Shown one piece after another: positions 25,632-36,408 of a stretch of 64,000 bases of DNA. The notes beneath the pieces are model-generated. The model was given only the letters and a program-made list of their open reading frames with translations, did no database searches and was not told the DNA's origin. The stretch comes from Geosiphon pyriformis uo1 (taxonomy: Eukaryota; Fungi; Glomeromycota): NCBI GenBank assembly GCA_016748015.1, contig JAAOMT010000727.1:34203-98202 (forward strand). Reading direction: 5' to 3'. The translations under genes and the position numbers were made by a program. How positions within the stretch are numbered: the first letter of the stretch is position 1; every line of letters begins with the position of its first letter.

Positions 25632-26698
25632 TGTTATAAATAAACTTGGTGAGATATGGTGGTAACGTTTGGTGTTCTAATTTGTTATAGTGTTTCTTTA
25701 GTTTTATCATCATGTCCATATAACTAGTTTCGGCATTATCAGCCTCAATGTTATTAGTCTCTGAAGGTCTATTCCAGCACGTGAATTTTCCTATTGAGTT
25801 CTTTGGTTATAAGGCACAAAGTGTTATGGCATTGTCGAATACAACGTTTTTAGAGATGAACTTTTTTCTCCAAGCTAATGAGTGCAGTTATTAGGGTCTG
25901 GCGTTGTCTTTTTGCCCTTCTGATAAGCTAACATGATAAAGTTAATATCCAAAACCTAGGAGGAGCTTCCCTTTTTTACCAGGCTATTATGAAGTCTATT
26001 CTCAAACAATTGATTTTACTATGTTGTCACTCTACAAAGAAAAAATAAAGAAAAAGAAAAATACAAAAAAGAAAAAGAAAAATAAAGAAAAGAAAATAAG
26101 ATTAATATTGTCAATCACCATGATCAAAAGCAATTGGTTCAAGTCATTAATAGGTCAAGGTGGTTATACTAAGAGCATCTGGCCCAGGACAAAAGTATGT
26201 GACAATAATTAGTACTATTAATAGTAGGTAAATTTAAAGACCATGTGTTTCAGGATTTGAATTGTTAAATTATAGATTTTATTTTGACTAATAAGAGTAG
26301 ATAGTAAATGAGATAAAAAGGTAAGATGATTAATTTTTGTCTAGTTGTCTGTTTTTTTCTAACTTCTATGACTACTTGTTTTTATATATTCTTTTGGTTT
26401 TACAGAACTGCTTCTAATTGTTACATTATTATTAGTTATTGCTTTATTATTTCTGTTATTGCTTCATTATTCTATATTATTGGTAGTTATCTTGTGTTAT
26501 AACATGTTATCTGGTGTTATTACATGCCATTCTGTGTTATTCTATATTATAATGCATTATTCTATGCTATTCTGTGTTATTCTATATTATAATGCATTAT
26601 TCCATATTATTGCGTATTATTCTGTGTTATGTTATATTTGTTCACATTTTGGTTATGTTTTTCTTATAATTTGGATCAGTTTTTCTACTCAGATAACA
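25632..26698 (-). repeat. 3' LTR of gypsy A
   Basis: TGTTAT...ATAACA termini; collinear with 34742-35807. Confidence 0.95.
26440..26640. repeat. 10-bp-period TTAT-core minisatellite in LTR A (also ~35550-35750)
   Basis: ttattctgtg ttattctata ttataatgca ttattctatg ctattctgtg ttattctata ttataatgca ttattccata ttattgcgta ttattctgtg. Confidence 0.9.
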
Positions 26699-26716
26699 TT
26701 ATCCCTTTCTTTTAAA
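26699..26716 (-). promoter_or_regulatory. Polypurine tract of gypsy A
   Basis: AAAAGAAAGGGATAA immediately before the 3' LTR on the minus strand. Confidence 0.8.
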
Positions 26717-26719
26717 ATT

Positions 26720-27445
26720 AAGCTCCTGCAAAATCATAAGTATCTGTTGTTATGGTTTTGTTTATGTAATGTTCGATGGTTGTCTCAAGTACTGTCTTTT
26801 TTAGGTCTTTGAACTGTTGATTGGTTATTCATCCTATGTTGTTAACTGTTAAAGTTTTCATAGGTTTGTTTAGTAGTACATTTGGACAATGTTGGAAGGC
26901 AGCATATAGTCAGTATGCTGCTTTGTAATATAGGGTTAGGTTGTTTTTTCCTACATATTTTTCTACTTGTTGCATTGCTTCTTTGTTGAATATTCTCTGG
27001 CTAAGATTTTTATATGGTGTTTCAAGTCAAGCTGCTCTTCAATTTTGTAGAACCAATAGGCTGGTAGAAGTTTTTCTCTCTATTCTTGGGCATTGTCTAG
27101 TGTCTATTCCCTTGTTTCGGGAAGTTTGGTCTCATAAGATAAGGATTCTTTAATTTTTTCTATTTTAGAGATCAAGTATCTTCTTTTGTAATTTTTTTCT
27201 TGTTCTTTCACTTTTTTTTCTCTACCTTCTGTCTGAAAGCAATTTTTCTTTCAACATTGCCTTTTGGATGATAAGTAGGGGAGAAAACATTTAGTTCTAA
27301 TTGAACTCTTGTCCTCCTCTCTTCTGCTTTTATGTTTGTACTGTATTTCTTTTTTGTCAATTGTTATTTTTATTTGAGCAGAAGATTGTTGAATTACATT
27401 AAACAGTTGTTTCAAGAGTTGTAGAATTTGATCTGAAAGGTCCAT
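26720..27445 (-). pseudogene. Accessory ORF3 of unknown function between integrase and PPT
   Basis: Own ATG (MDLSDQIL...); C-terminal part aligns without gaps to the equivalent ORF of family B. Confidence 0.75.
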
Positions 27446-27564
27446 GTTAAAAATCTTGTTAACTTATTTTTTTTGTTTCAGTGGTTATATATATATTTGA
27501 TTTTTCCAATTAAATAGTTGTGTATCACTTTTTATGTTTCAATGATGATGATTTGTTCCAGATC

Positions 27565-28898
27565 TCATGGTATATCTTCTGGTTTGATTAATAGAATTTG
27601 TGTTCCTAATTGAGGTACTGATGACAATAACTGCTGTTTTACATGATAAATTTTTAATCGGTTTCCATAAGCTACTTTCTTTAGAATCTTGTCTTCCAAT
27701 TGTAGTTTGTAAGCTCCATTTTCTAAAGCTTTGTGTATGTAAAATGAACTATCCCACTTTTGGTCAAACTTTTCATTCCACTGTTTTTCAGCTTTTGTAC
27801 GATGTAACAATATCTGGTCTCCAATCTTGAATTCCATTGGTAGTTTAGGCAAGTAATTGTTATGTCTTTCCTTTTGCTGTTTTTAAGCATTACTAATATT
27901 ATCAGCTGCTGTTTTTTGGTTGTTTCTAATGTTTCCATTAGCTGGTACATTCTTTGGTGTAAAGTAGCTTCAAAGTTCTCTTCAGTGATTGTTTCTGTTG
28001 GGTAGGATGATATTTCTTGTTCGATAGATAATGTCGCTTTTTTTTCATAGACTAGTTTGAATAGTGTGAATTATGTTGTATTTTGTTTTAGTGTTCGGTA
28101 TGCAAAGAGTACTGAAGGTATAAATAAGTCCTATTCTTGTTCATTTTCTTGACTTATTTTTGCTAATACTTTGCACAGTGTTCAGTTGAATTGTTCTACT
28201 AGTCTGTTTGTCTGTGAGTGGTATGGTAACAATAAAGATTGTTTTATTCCAAATTGTTGACTTAATTCAATTAACGTATTATTGACAAAATGTGTTTCTT
28301 GGTTAAAGAGTAATTCTTTTAGGCATCCATGTCTACATATTAGATCTTGGTGTATGAATTCAGCAACTGTTTTGACATTAGTTATTTGGATTGCTCTGGC
28401 TTCTGGCCATTTTGTAAGATAGTCTATGACTACAGCAATGTATCAATTTCCTTTGGATGTAATCGATAGAGGTCCAACCAAATCAATCCCAATTCTATCA
28501 AATGGATTTCCAACTAGAATGAGTCAAAGTGATTTCATTATTCTGGCTCCTCCTTTTTGCTAACAGAAGTCACAATTAAGAACATATTCAAAAATATTTT
28601 TATATATTGTAGGCCAATAGTATAGATTTTTTGTTCTTTTCAGAGTAGTGTCTTTGTTGAAATGTCCTGTGGTGAGATTTGAATGCATGCTATATAATAT
28701 AGTTTTTTTTTCACTGTTTTTGATCAATCATTGTAGAGTGAAGTGATTTTGTCATTTTCGATAGTAGAATTGATTGTTTTGAATAAAGTAATTTTGTACT
28801 TGTTTTTGTATAACATTCTGTTCCTGTTGAGATAAGATCTCCTTGAAATGTAGTGTTGATAGATACTGATGTATTTGTTGGTAGGTGGTTGTGTCCAT
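27565..28898 (-). pseudogene. Integrase (HHCC, DDE core, GPY/F-type C-terminus; no chromodomain)
   Basis: H...GH...CDFC, RIGIDLVGPL, RLVEQFN, FKIGDQILL...KWDSSFYI...GAYKL. Confidence 0.9.
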
Positions 28899-28909
28899 GA
28901 GTCTGAGAT

Positions 28910-30200
28910 TAGATTTGTGGCATTCTTGACAAACTGTCAACATTGGTGTTCTTAGATCTTTCTTTGTAGTGAATTTTGAGTGGAAATTGTTGTAGATAAG
29001 TGTTTCATTGTGCATATTTTCCTTTTAGTTGTGAGTTATTAAGTAACCAGATGAGTCTCTTATGATTGGTATATAAGTCAAATAATTGCCTGAGATAGTG
29101 TTTCCATGTTTGTATGGCCCAATAAGTGGCAAAACATTCTAAGTTTGTTGCATTATATACCTTTTCTGCTGAACTTGTACTATAACTAGCATATGCAATT
29201 GGATGTTCTCTTCTGTTTGGTCCTATCTGAAATAAAATAGCTTCTAGTGCATTTTTTGAGACATCTATAGTGACAATAAAATGTTTGGTGAAATCGGGAT
29301 AGATTAATATTGGAAAGGTGATCAACCACTGCTTAAGATAGTCAAATGCTTTCTGCTGGTCTTTTCTCTATAAGTAGAGTACATATTTGGATAACAAGTA
29401 ATGGAAAGGTTTTGTGATGGTAGAGAATCTCTTGAAAAATCTTTGATAGTATTCTGCTAATCCCAAAAATCTTTGTAATTCTCATAGGTTGATTGGGGCT
29501 TGAAAGTTTTTGACTTTTTGGATTTTGTCTGAATTAGACTTAACTCCGTCTTTTCTGATTACATGCCCTAAGAACTTTAGTTCAGTTTTTCTGAAGAAGC
29601 ATTTGTCAGGATTAAGTTTTAATCTGAAATTTTGAAGGCATTCGAACACTTGTTGAAGATAGAGCAAATAGTCATTGAATGTTTCTGAGAACATGTTAGT
29701 GTTGTCCAGATAAACTACAACTGATTTCCAAAGGATTCCTTTGTATACTACATTCATGAGGCATTGAAAAGTGGCAGGAGCATTACAAAGTCTAAAAGGC
29801 ATTACATTAAATTTAAAATTGCCATCTCAAGTGGTAAACACTGTTTTTCTTTTGTCTTTGGGGTCCATTTTAACTTGTCAATAGCTACTGGCTAAGTCTA
29901 GCAATGAGAACCATTTTTTTTTTCCTAGATTGTCCAGAATTTTTTGGATAAGGGGAGTAAAATAACTATCTCTTTGCATGATCTGTTTAGTTTCTTGTAG
30001 TCTACACAGAATCACACTTTTCCATTTTTCTTGGTGACCAAAACTACTGGAGAAAACCAAGGGCTTAACAATTTTTTAATTAAACTGTTATCAAGCATCT
30101 GTTGTACTTCTTGTTTAATTAAGTTATCACCAGATGGAGGTACTTAGTAAGCTTATTGCTTGATAGGTCAAGTATCTCCTGTATCAATTTGGTGTTTCAT
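28910..30200 (-). pseudogene. Reverse transcriptase and RNase H of gypsy A
   Basis: FSLLDLASSY, MPFRLCNAPATFQ, VYLDN, FLGH; FIVTIDVS, PIAYAS, NVDSLSR. Confidence 0.92.
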
Positions 30201-30734
30201 GATGTTAATACATCCGAACTCATTTTCACTGGCAAAGACATTAGCATACTGATTCAAAAGAACTTTGAATTGCATTTGTTGTAGGGTATTTAAGTTTCCT
30301 AAATTCAATTTATTGATTTTCTCTGGTGTGAATAAATAACTTTCTTTTGGCAAATTCCATACTTGTGATATAATGTCACAGAATAAAAACAATTGTGTGA
30401 AATCTGGAATAAACTGGAGTTTTTTAGGGTTCTGAATATCTGTGGATATAGAACTGATAAGAGTTTTCTCAGGAATTTCTATCACATCTTCGATTGGATT
30501 GTAAATGGGAATTTTGAAGTGTTTATAAGCCTTTGCTGATAGATACAAGTTAGTAATATCAGCTAAAGAGCAAATTTCAGGGTTGGCTTCAAATAGCAGA
30601 GCTTGGTCTTGAATTTTCCAATTCACTTTAAGGATATATTGTTGATAGGGAGGAATGGAAATGACAGTGTTGGTGTAGATAAGTTCTACTTGGTCACTGT
30701 CTTCCTCTGTGAGATTGACTAGTACGTTTTTTTT

Positions 30735-31130
30735 TCCATTTGATCTGAACCCATTGATTCCTTGGGCAGTGAGGCCTAACTTTTCGTGAGTAGTAACCAG
30801 AGTTAATTGTGGTATTTTCATCAGAGGCAGGAAGATAGCTTGAATTATTTTGTCATGTGATTCTATTTTGTAGGATCTATCTGAATTGTTCTGTAGCATC
30901 ACAATAATATTTTCAGTATACTTGGCGTTAATGATTCCTCCTTTTACATTGATACCTTTCTTTGCAAGGCTAGATCTAAATGCTACTTGTACCATAGTAC
31001 TAACTAGAATTTCTAATGCTATTTTGAGATCTATGCTTATTAGAAAATGTGGGGCTATGACTAGGGGTGATTTTTCAGAGTATTGTAAATCAAAACCAGC
31101 ATTAGTGTCATGTGCTTTTTTGGGGCATAT
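30735..31130 (-). pseudogene. dut: dUTPase domain within pol
   Basis: AGFDL, RSSLAKKG, GGIINAKY, KIIQAI, QGINGFRS correspond to trimeric dUTPase motifs I-V, degraded. Confidence 0.9.
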
Positions 31131-31319
31131 TCTTTCATTATTATTGCTATACTATTTCAATTCTAATTCCTTAGAGAGGTCGGAATACACAAAGTATTGT
31201 TTTGTTTCGGTAGTCTTGTTTGGCTCTTGAAACAGCATGTCCTTAACTATTAATTTGGCTTCTTCTTTAGACTCTGGTAGTTCATTAATAGAGTATAAGG
31301 TTTTTGGTAGTGGATTAAA

Positions 31320-31950
31320 CATGAGGTCACATTCGTCACAGTACTGAAAATGGCAAAGAATTAGGCAATAATCATATAGTTTCATGTTTAGGTCAGCTAG
31401 TCTCTGTTTCTGTTCTTTTCGGGTTAAGGCCAATTCTTGATAATGATTCTGAAATGCGTCCAGGTTATCAGTGAAGAAATCTTTAGTAATATAATCGGGT
31501 TCATTGTATTCGGGTACAAACAGATTTTCTTTGATTTCTCAGATTTCACTAAGTGTGGCATCTTTGGCTTTGGTACTTGTTATTCTCCATATTTTGTGTT
31601 CATCGTGCAAGTACTCATCTAATCAATTGAGTGCTTGTTTTTAGGCATCCTTAATCAGGGTTCCTTTTTGTATCTAATTGTTAATCAAAATGGTATATTG
31701 ACACAATTTGTCACATGTCCCTCCTCTGCCAGATACATCATTCCAGAATCCTTCATCAGGTAGGATCTTACCACAGACAAGGCATGGTGTATTGTCTTAT
31801 TTACCTTGTTATTTTGGTTACCTAAATCTTTCCAACACACAAAGTCTACAATAATATTTGGTGGTGGTTGGCCATTCTTCATTATCTCTAATACATGTAT
31901 CCATTGAAGATAGCTTCTTTCTACAATTAACACAGATTAGCTTTGGGGGT
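31320..31950 (-). pseudogene. Cys-rich multi-CxxC domain between protease and dUTPase
   Basis: CVNC, YYCRLC, DNTPCLVCG, CDKLC, YCLILCHFQYCDEC. Confidence 0.8.
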
Positions 31951-32149
31951 TGATAAAATAGGTTTCTTTAATCACTAATTGGGTAGCCCCATGGTGGAGA
32001 TTCTTCTTCAGCTCTTTTTTTTCCCTTTTTTTCCCAAGTTGGTGGTGGTGATAACTCCATTCAGAAGTCATTTGCCCAGGAAACTTGATAAGTTTCTATG
32101 ATTGGTAGGGGTATTGTGTCCTTAAATTTGATCAGCAGTGGTTTTATAT

Positions 32150-32560
32150 CTTGAGTTTTGAAATATCCACACATAATGGGAACTTGGACATGCTGTCCAT
32201 TGAACATGATTTGGAGCTCTTGGGTGTTCCAATCGAGAATAGCATTGGCTTTTGATAACCAATTATTTCCTATGAGGGCTTGATATTGAGTTACTTCTGT
32301 AACAAGTACTTTTGTAGGGATTTGAATTCTGTTGATTTCGAAAAGGAAGTTGTCAATTTTGCTTATCAGAGTTTTTGTGTTTCCGTTAACAGTGATTATC
32401 CTAGTGGTAGCAGCATGATCCACTTGGTAACCTAGTTGATCCATGAGTTGTTTCATGATTATACTGCCTGTGGATCCATTGTCAAGAATTAGCTTAATGT
32501 CTAAAGTTCCAACTTTAGCATCGGCATACATAGCCATTATTGGTTTGTCTGGGTTGATGG
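32150..32560 (-). pseudogene. Retroviral-type aspartic protease
   Basis: LILDNGSTGSII...ALIGNNWL. Confidence 0.9.
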
Positions 32561-32899
32561 TGGTTCCACTAAAAAGGTTGGTTGTTTTCAGACTGTCAAT
32601 ATTGAAGAAAAATATAGCAGCCAGGGTCATGTCTTCTGTAATGGTGGTGGGTGGAATGTTGGTAGTCAGAGGTTGATTTACAAATGAAAGGTTGGACACT
32701 TTGCTTACATTTCTTCCTTCAGCAAATGTAGCATTACAAAAATTCTGAGTTTCTATAAGACCAAGATATGAGGCCTGATTGGAGTATCTGGTTGGTGCAG
32801 ACTAAAGGGAGATATTGTCCCAATTCATTGGTTGAGATGGTTCACTCAAAGGTTGGGTTTGGTTTCCACTGCTGTTTTGCCAGCTTTGGCTATAATCTA

Positions 32900-34678
32900 T
32901 TGCATGAAACCTAGGCTGCTTATATACAGGGTTTTGATACTGAGGTGCTGGTTGAGCCAGTGATGGTGGAAGTTAATAATAGCTTGGAAGCAGTTGGGGT
33001 GAGTATTAATTTTGGTATTGAGAGACATGATATGGAGGTTCTGTGGTTGGGAGGTATTATGCTTGATATTGATACTGGCTTCCTTGATTCTGATTGGCTG
33101 CTTTCTTTCAACAGTTTCATACAACATGACCCAGTTTTTGACAGTAATAACAATTACAAAGATCAGATTTCCAAGATTGTTGTCATTGTTGTCGACTCTG
33201 TTGCTGTTAGTATTGGTTATTGTTGTCATTGTCTCTTTATTGGGGTGGCTAATAGGTTCTGGTTGTACTGGCCAGAAATCCTTTAATTTTCTGAGTTAAT
33301 TTCTTACTTAATTAAGTTATCTTTGTGTCAATATCAGATACTTCATTGATAGTTAAGTTGATGGCTTGAGTATGATTGGCTTCTTGTTTCATGAACTTGA
33401 AATCATAGGCAAGAGTAACTGCTTCATGTAGGTCTGCTGAGTAGCAGAGTCTCACTGATCATAAGATGCTACTTCTTAACCCTTTAATGAATTAATTAAA
33501 AATTTGCACTGCTGTGTAATAGTCTCTTTCAATGGCCTGTATTTGACAAAGGGTTTGATTGAATCATCCAAGATAAGTGGTTACTGCTTTGTAATCTTTT
33601 TGTTTAATTATGCTGAATTGATTCTGCAATCTGATTAGAGTATTAAGATCACAAAAATATTGTAAAAAGATTAGCTTGAAAGTGGCAAAGTTGGTTGGTT
33701 TTTCTGCCAAACTTTGATACCATGAGTCTGCAGTTCCAGTTAAAAAGAATAGCAGTGCTTGGATAGCTCTGTCATTATCCCAGTTGTTGGTAGTAATTGT
33801 TTTTTTGGCTTCTGCAATCCACAAGTATGCGTTGTTTTCTTCACCAGAGAATTTTTCTAGCTTGGTAATATCTCTTAAGTCATGATCTGGTTGATGAATA
33901 GAAGATTTGAGGGGATTGGTGTCTGTGTATTAGAGGGTTTTTCTGGTGCTAGCTCTGGTTGTTTTTTTTTGTTATTAGAACCAATAAGTTGTAAAATAGT
34001 GGCTTCTTCCGTAAAGGGAGATACTGTTCCTGATGAGGTTTTTGTTCTATTAGTGGTTCTCAAGTTGACATGTTCTTGTCTATTTTATTAATTGTGGGGG
34101 TCAAATTTCCAAACAATAACCCATATTCTTCTAGGGATTTGGTCCAACTGTGATGTTTTCAAGAGTGTGGATTTTTAGGAGTTCATGGTGTTTCTGACTG
34201 AGTTTCTGGGGGGATTGAATACAATTCTACTTTGGGGTGTCTTGTGATATAATGGAGTTGTTGGGGAAAAGAATCTTGGTTTCTTGTTGACTGTGGATTG
34301 AGCTTGTTCCCTTCTAGTTGTTGAATTGAATTCGAACTTATTTTTTTTGGAGTCTAATTCCCCTGATTGGTTTACTTGAGAAAAACATTTTTTTATGTAA
34401 TGTTTAATGTCTGTATTGATTATGCGAAGGGTTTCAGCGATGACGTGGACTGTGGTGTTTGTCAAGTATTCTAATAATTTGTGGTAGATCTGTTCACCAA
34501 GTTTTTCTGTATCCATTGATCAGCCTAGCAAACAGTCAATTTTCACATTGATGTAGTTACAAAAGTCACTTTCTGCAGTAACAGTTTTGGCTGGTATTTC
34601 TAGGTCTTCTCGTAAGTATTGAAATAATGCTCTTCCATATAAGAAGTGGTTCTTTTCTACTGTTCTAATAGTCGCCAT
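32900..34678 (-). pseudogene. Gag with N-terminal extension, capsid domain and zinc knuckle
   Basis: NNWDNDRAIQAL...LTGTADSWY...IKQKDYKAVTTY; CYYCQKLGHVV*NC; ATG at 34678. Confidence 0.85.
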
Positions 34679-34721
34679 TTTTGTAAATGTTTGGGATGCT
34701 TTGTCTCTGTGGATTTTATAA

Positions 34722-34739
34722 CCTCACAGGGAAGCACCA
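34722..34739 (-). promoter_or_regulatory. Primer binding site of gypsy A
   Basis: TGGTGCTTCCCTGTGAGG, 2 nt after the 5' LTR; complementary to a tRNA ending ...GCACCA (isotype not resolved). Confidence 0.8.
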
Positions 34740-34741
34740 AA

Positions 34742-35807
34742 TGTTATGGGTAAACTTGGTGGCATATAGCAGTAACATTTAGTGCTCTAATTTGTTATAG
34801 TGTTTCTTTAGTTTTATTGTTACATCTGTGTGACTAGTTTTGATGTTATTAGTTTTGGTGTTATCAGTCTCTAAAAGTCTATTCCAGTATGTGAATTTAC
34901 TTGTTGAGTTCTTTAATTATAAGGCACAGAGTGTTATGGCATCGTCAAACACAACATTTTTAAAGGTAAGCTTTCTTCTCTGAATTAACAAGTGCAGTCA
35001 TTAGGGTCTGGCATTGTCTTTTTGCCCTTCTGATAAGCTAACAAAATAAAGTTAATATCCAAAACCTAGAGGGAGCTTCCTTTTTTTACCAGGCTATCAC
35101 AAAGTCTATTTCCAGACAGTTAATTTTATTATATTGCCACTCCACAAAGAAAAAATAAAGAAAAAGAAAAATACAAAAAAAAAAAATAAAATAAAGAAAA
35201 GAAAATAAGATTAGTATTGTTAATTGCTATGATCAAAAGTGATTGGTCCAAGTCATTAATGAGTTGAGGCGGTTATGCTAAGAACATCTGGCTCAGGATG
35301 AAAGTATATGACAATAATTAGTACTATTAGCAGTAGGTAAGTTTAAAGACCATGTGTCTCAGGATTTGGATTGTTATATTATAGATTTTATTTTGACTGG
35401 TAAAAGTGGATAGTAAATGAGATAAAAGAGTAAAATGATTAATTTTTGTCTAGCTGTCTGTTCTTTTCTAACTTTTATGACTATTTGTTTTTATATATTC
35501 TTTTGGTTTTACAGGGCTGCTTCCAATTGTTATATTATTACTAGTTATTGCTTTATTATTTCTGTTATTGCTTCATTATTCTACATTATTGCTAGTTATC
35601 TTGTGTTATAACACATTATCTGGTGTTATTACATGTCATTCTGTGTTATTCTATGTTATAATGCATTATTTCATGCTATTCTGTATTATCCTACATTATA
35701 ACGTATTATTCTATGTTATTGTACATTATACTGTGTTATGTCATGTTTGTTCATATTTTGATCACGTTTTTCTCATAATTTGGATTGGTTTTTCTACTTG
35801 GATAATA
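34742..35807 (-). repeat. 5' LTR of gypsy A
   Basis: TGTTAT...ATAATA (CA>TA); collinear with 25632-26698. Confidence 0.95.
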
Positions 35808-36408
35808 TTGGGTTCCTGTGGCTGTTTGGAAAATTATTTATGATAAATGTTATTCTAGTGTTCTATGTTTGTATTGTGATAAGATAGAGGTGTTTGATCA
35901 TATGTTTTCTTACATGGTTAACATTTCTGCTCATCGTCAGATTTTGGACTTCTGTGCATCTTCTTGAAAGGTGCTTTCTGGTCTCTTTATTCCCTCTTTG
36001 AATATGTTGCAGCTGCTGTCAACTTGTGCTTCAGATTTCTTGGTGTTCTTAGCTCTTTACAAAGGTTTTGTTTTCAATAAATAGCTTCAGGAGGCTATTT
36101 TCATCTTCCATGATCCCAAAATTGCTGATGTCAAAATTATTGATTTCATGCGCTCTCTTTGTTTTACTTTTAGGGACAATATTTGGTTGGTTTATATTAA
36201 GCATCATGACTTTATGGAGAAGAATGGTCTGATTTCTAGGGATAGCTCAGCTTCCATCTCAGTTCTTGGTTTGGCTTCAGTGTTTTTGGCTGGTGTGGTT
36301 AAACTGCTTGGCATTACAGAGGCTTTTGGTGTCTGTTTTGGTTTTCACAGATCCTGTTTGTTTTTTTCAGGTATTGGTGACTCAGTTTCTGTTAATATAA
36401 TTGCGTAG
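35808..36408 (+). pseudogene. LINE copy 2 ORF2, 3' remainder (Zn finger region)
   Basis: PVAV...CLYC...FRDNIWLV...FFSGIGDSVSV. Confidence 0.9.

Larger units (their letters stand above)
25632..35807 (-). mobile_element. Ty3/gypsy LTR retrotransposon, family A, full length, dUTPase-containing
   Basis: Paired ~1.07-kb LTRs, PBS, PPT, gag-PR-dUTPase-RT-RH-IN order, 4-bp TSD (TCAG/TTGG from ancestral TCGG). Confidence 0.95.

Noticed and set aside
26021-26212. Lys-rich ORF in LTR A
   Set aside because: It derives from an A-rich tract and is not maintained as an ATG-initiated ORF in the sister LTR
26459-26812. Hydrophobic ORF resembling an env or membrane protein (also 35568-35843)
   Set aside because: It is the antisense translation of the 10-bp TTAT minisatellite in the LTR
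27565-27700. Chromodomain at the integrase C-terminus
   Set aside because: The ORF ends shortly after the GPY/F region with no chromodomain pattern
34722-34739. Assigning the PBS to a specific tRNA
   Set aside because: An ...AGCACCA end fits several isotypes (elongator Met, Ile or Thr); the host tRNA set is needed to decide
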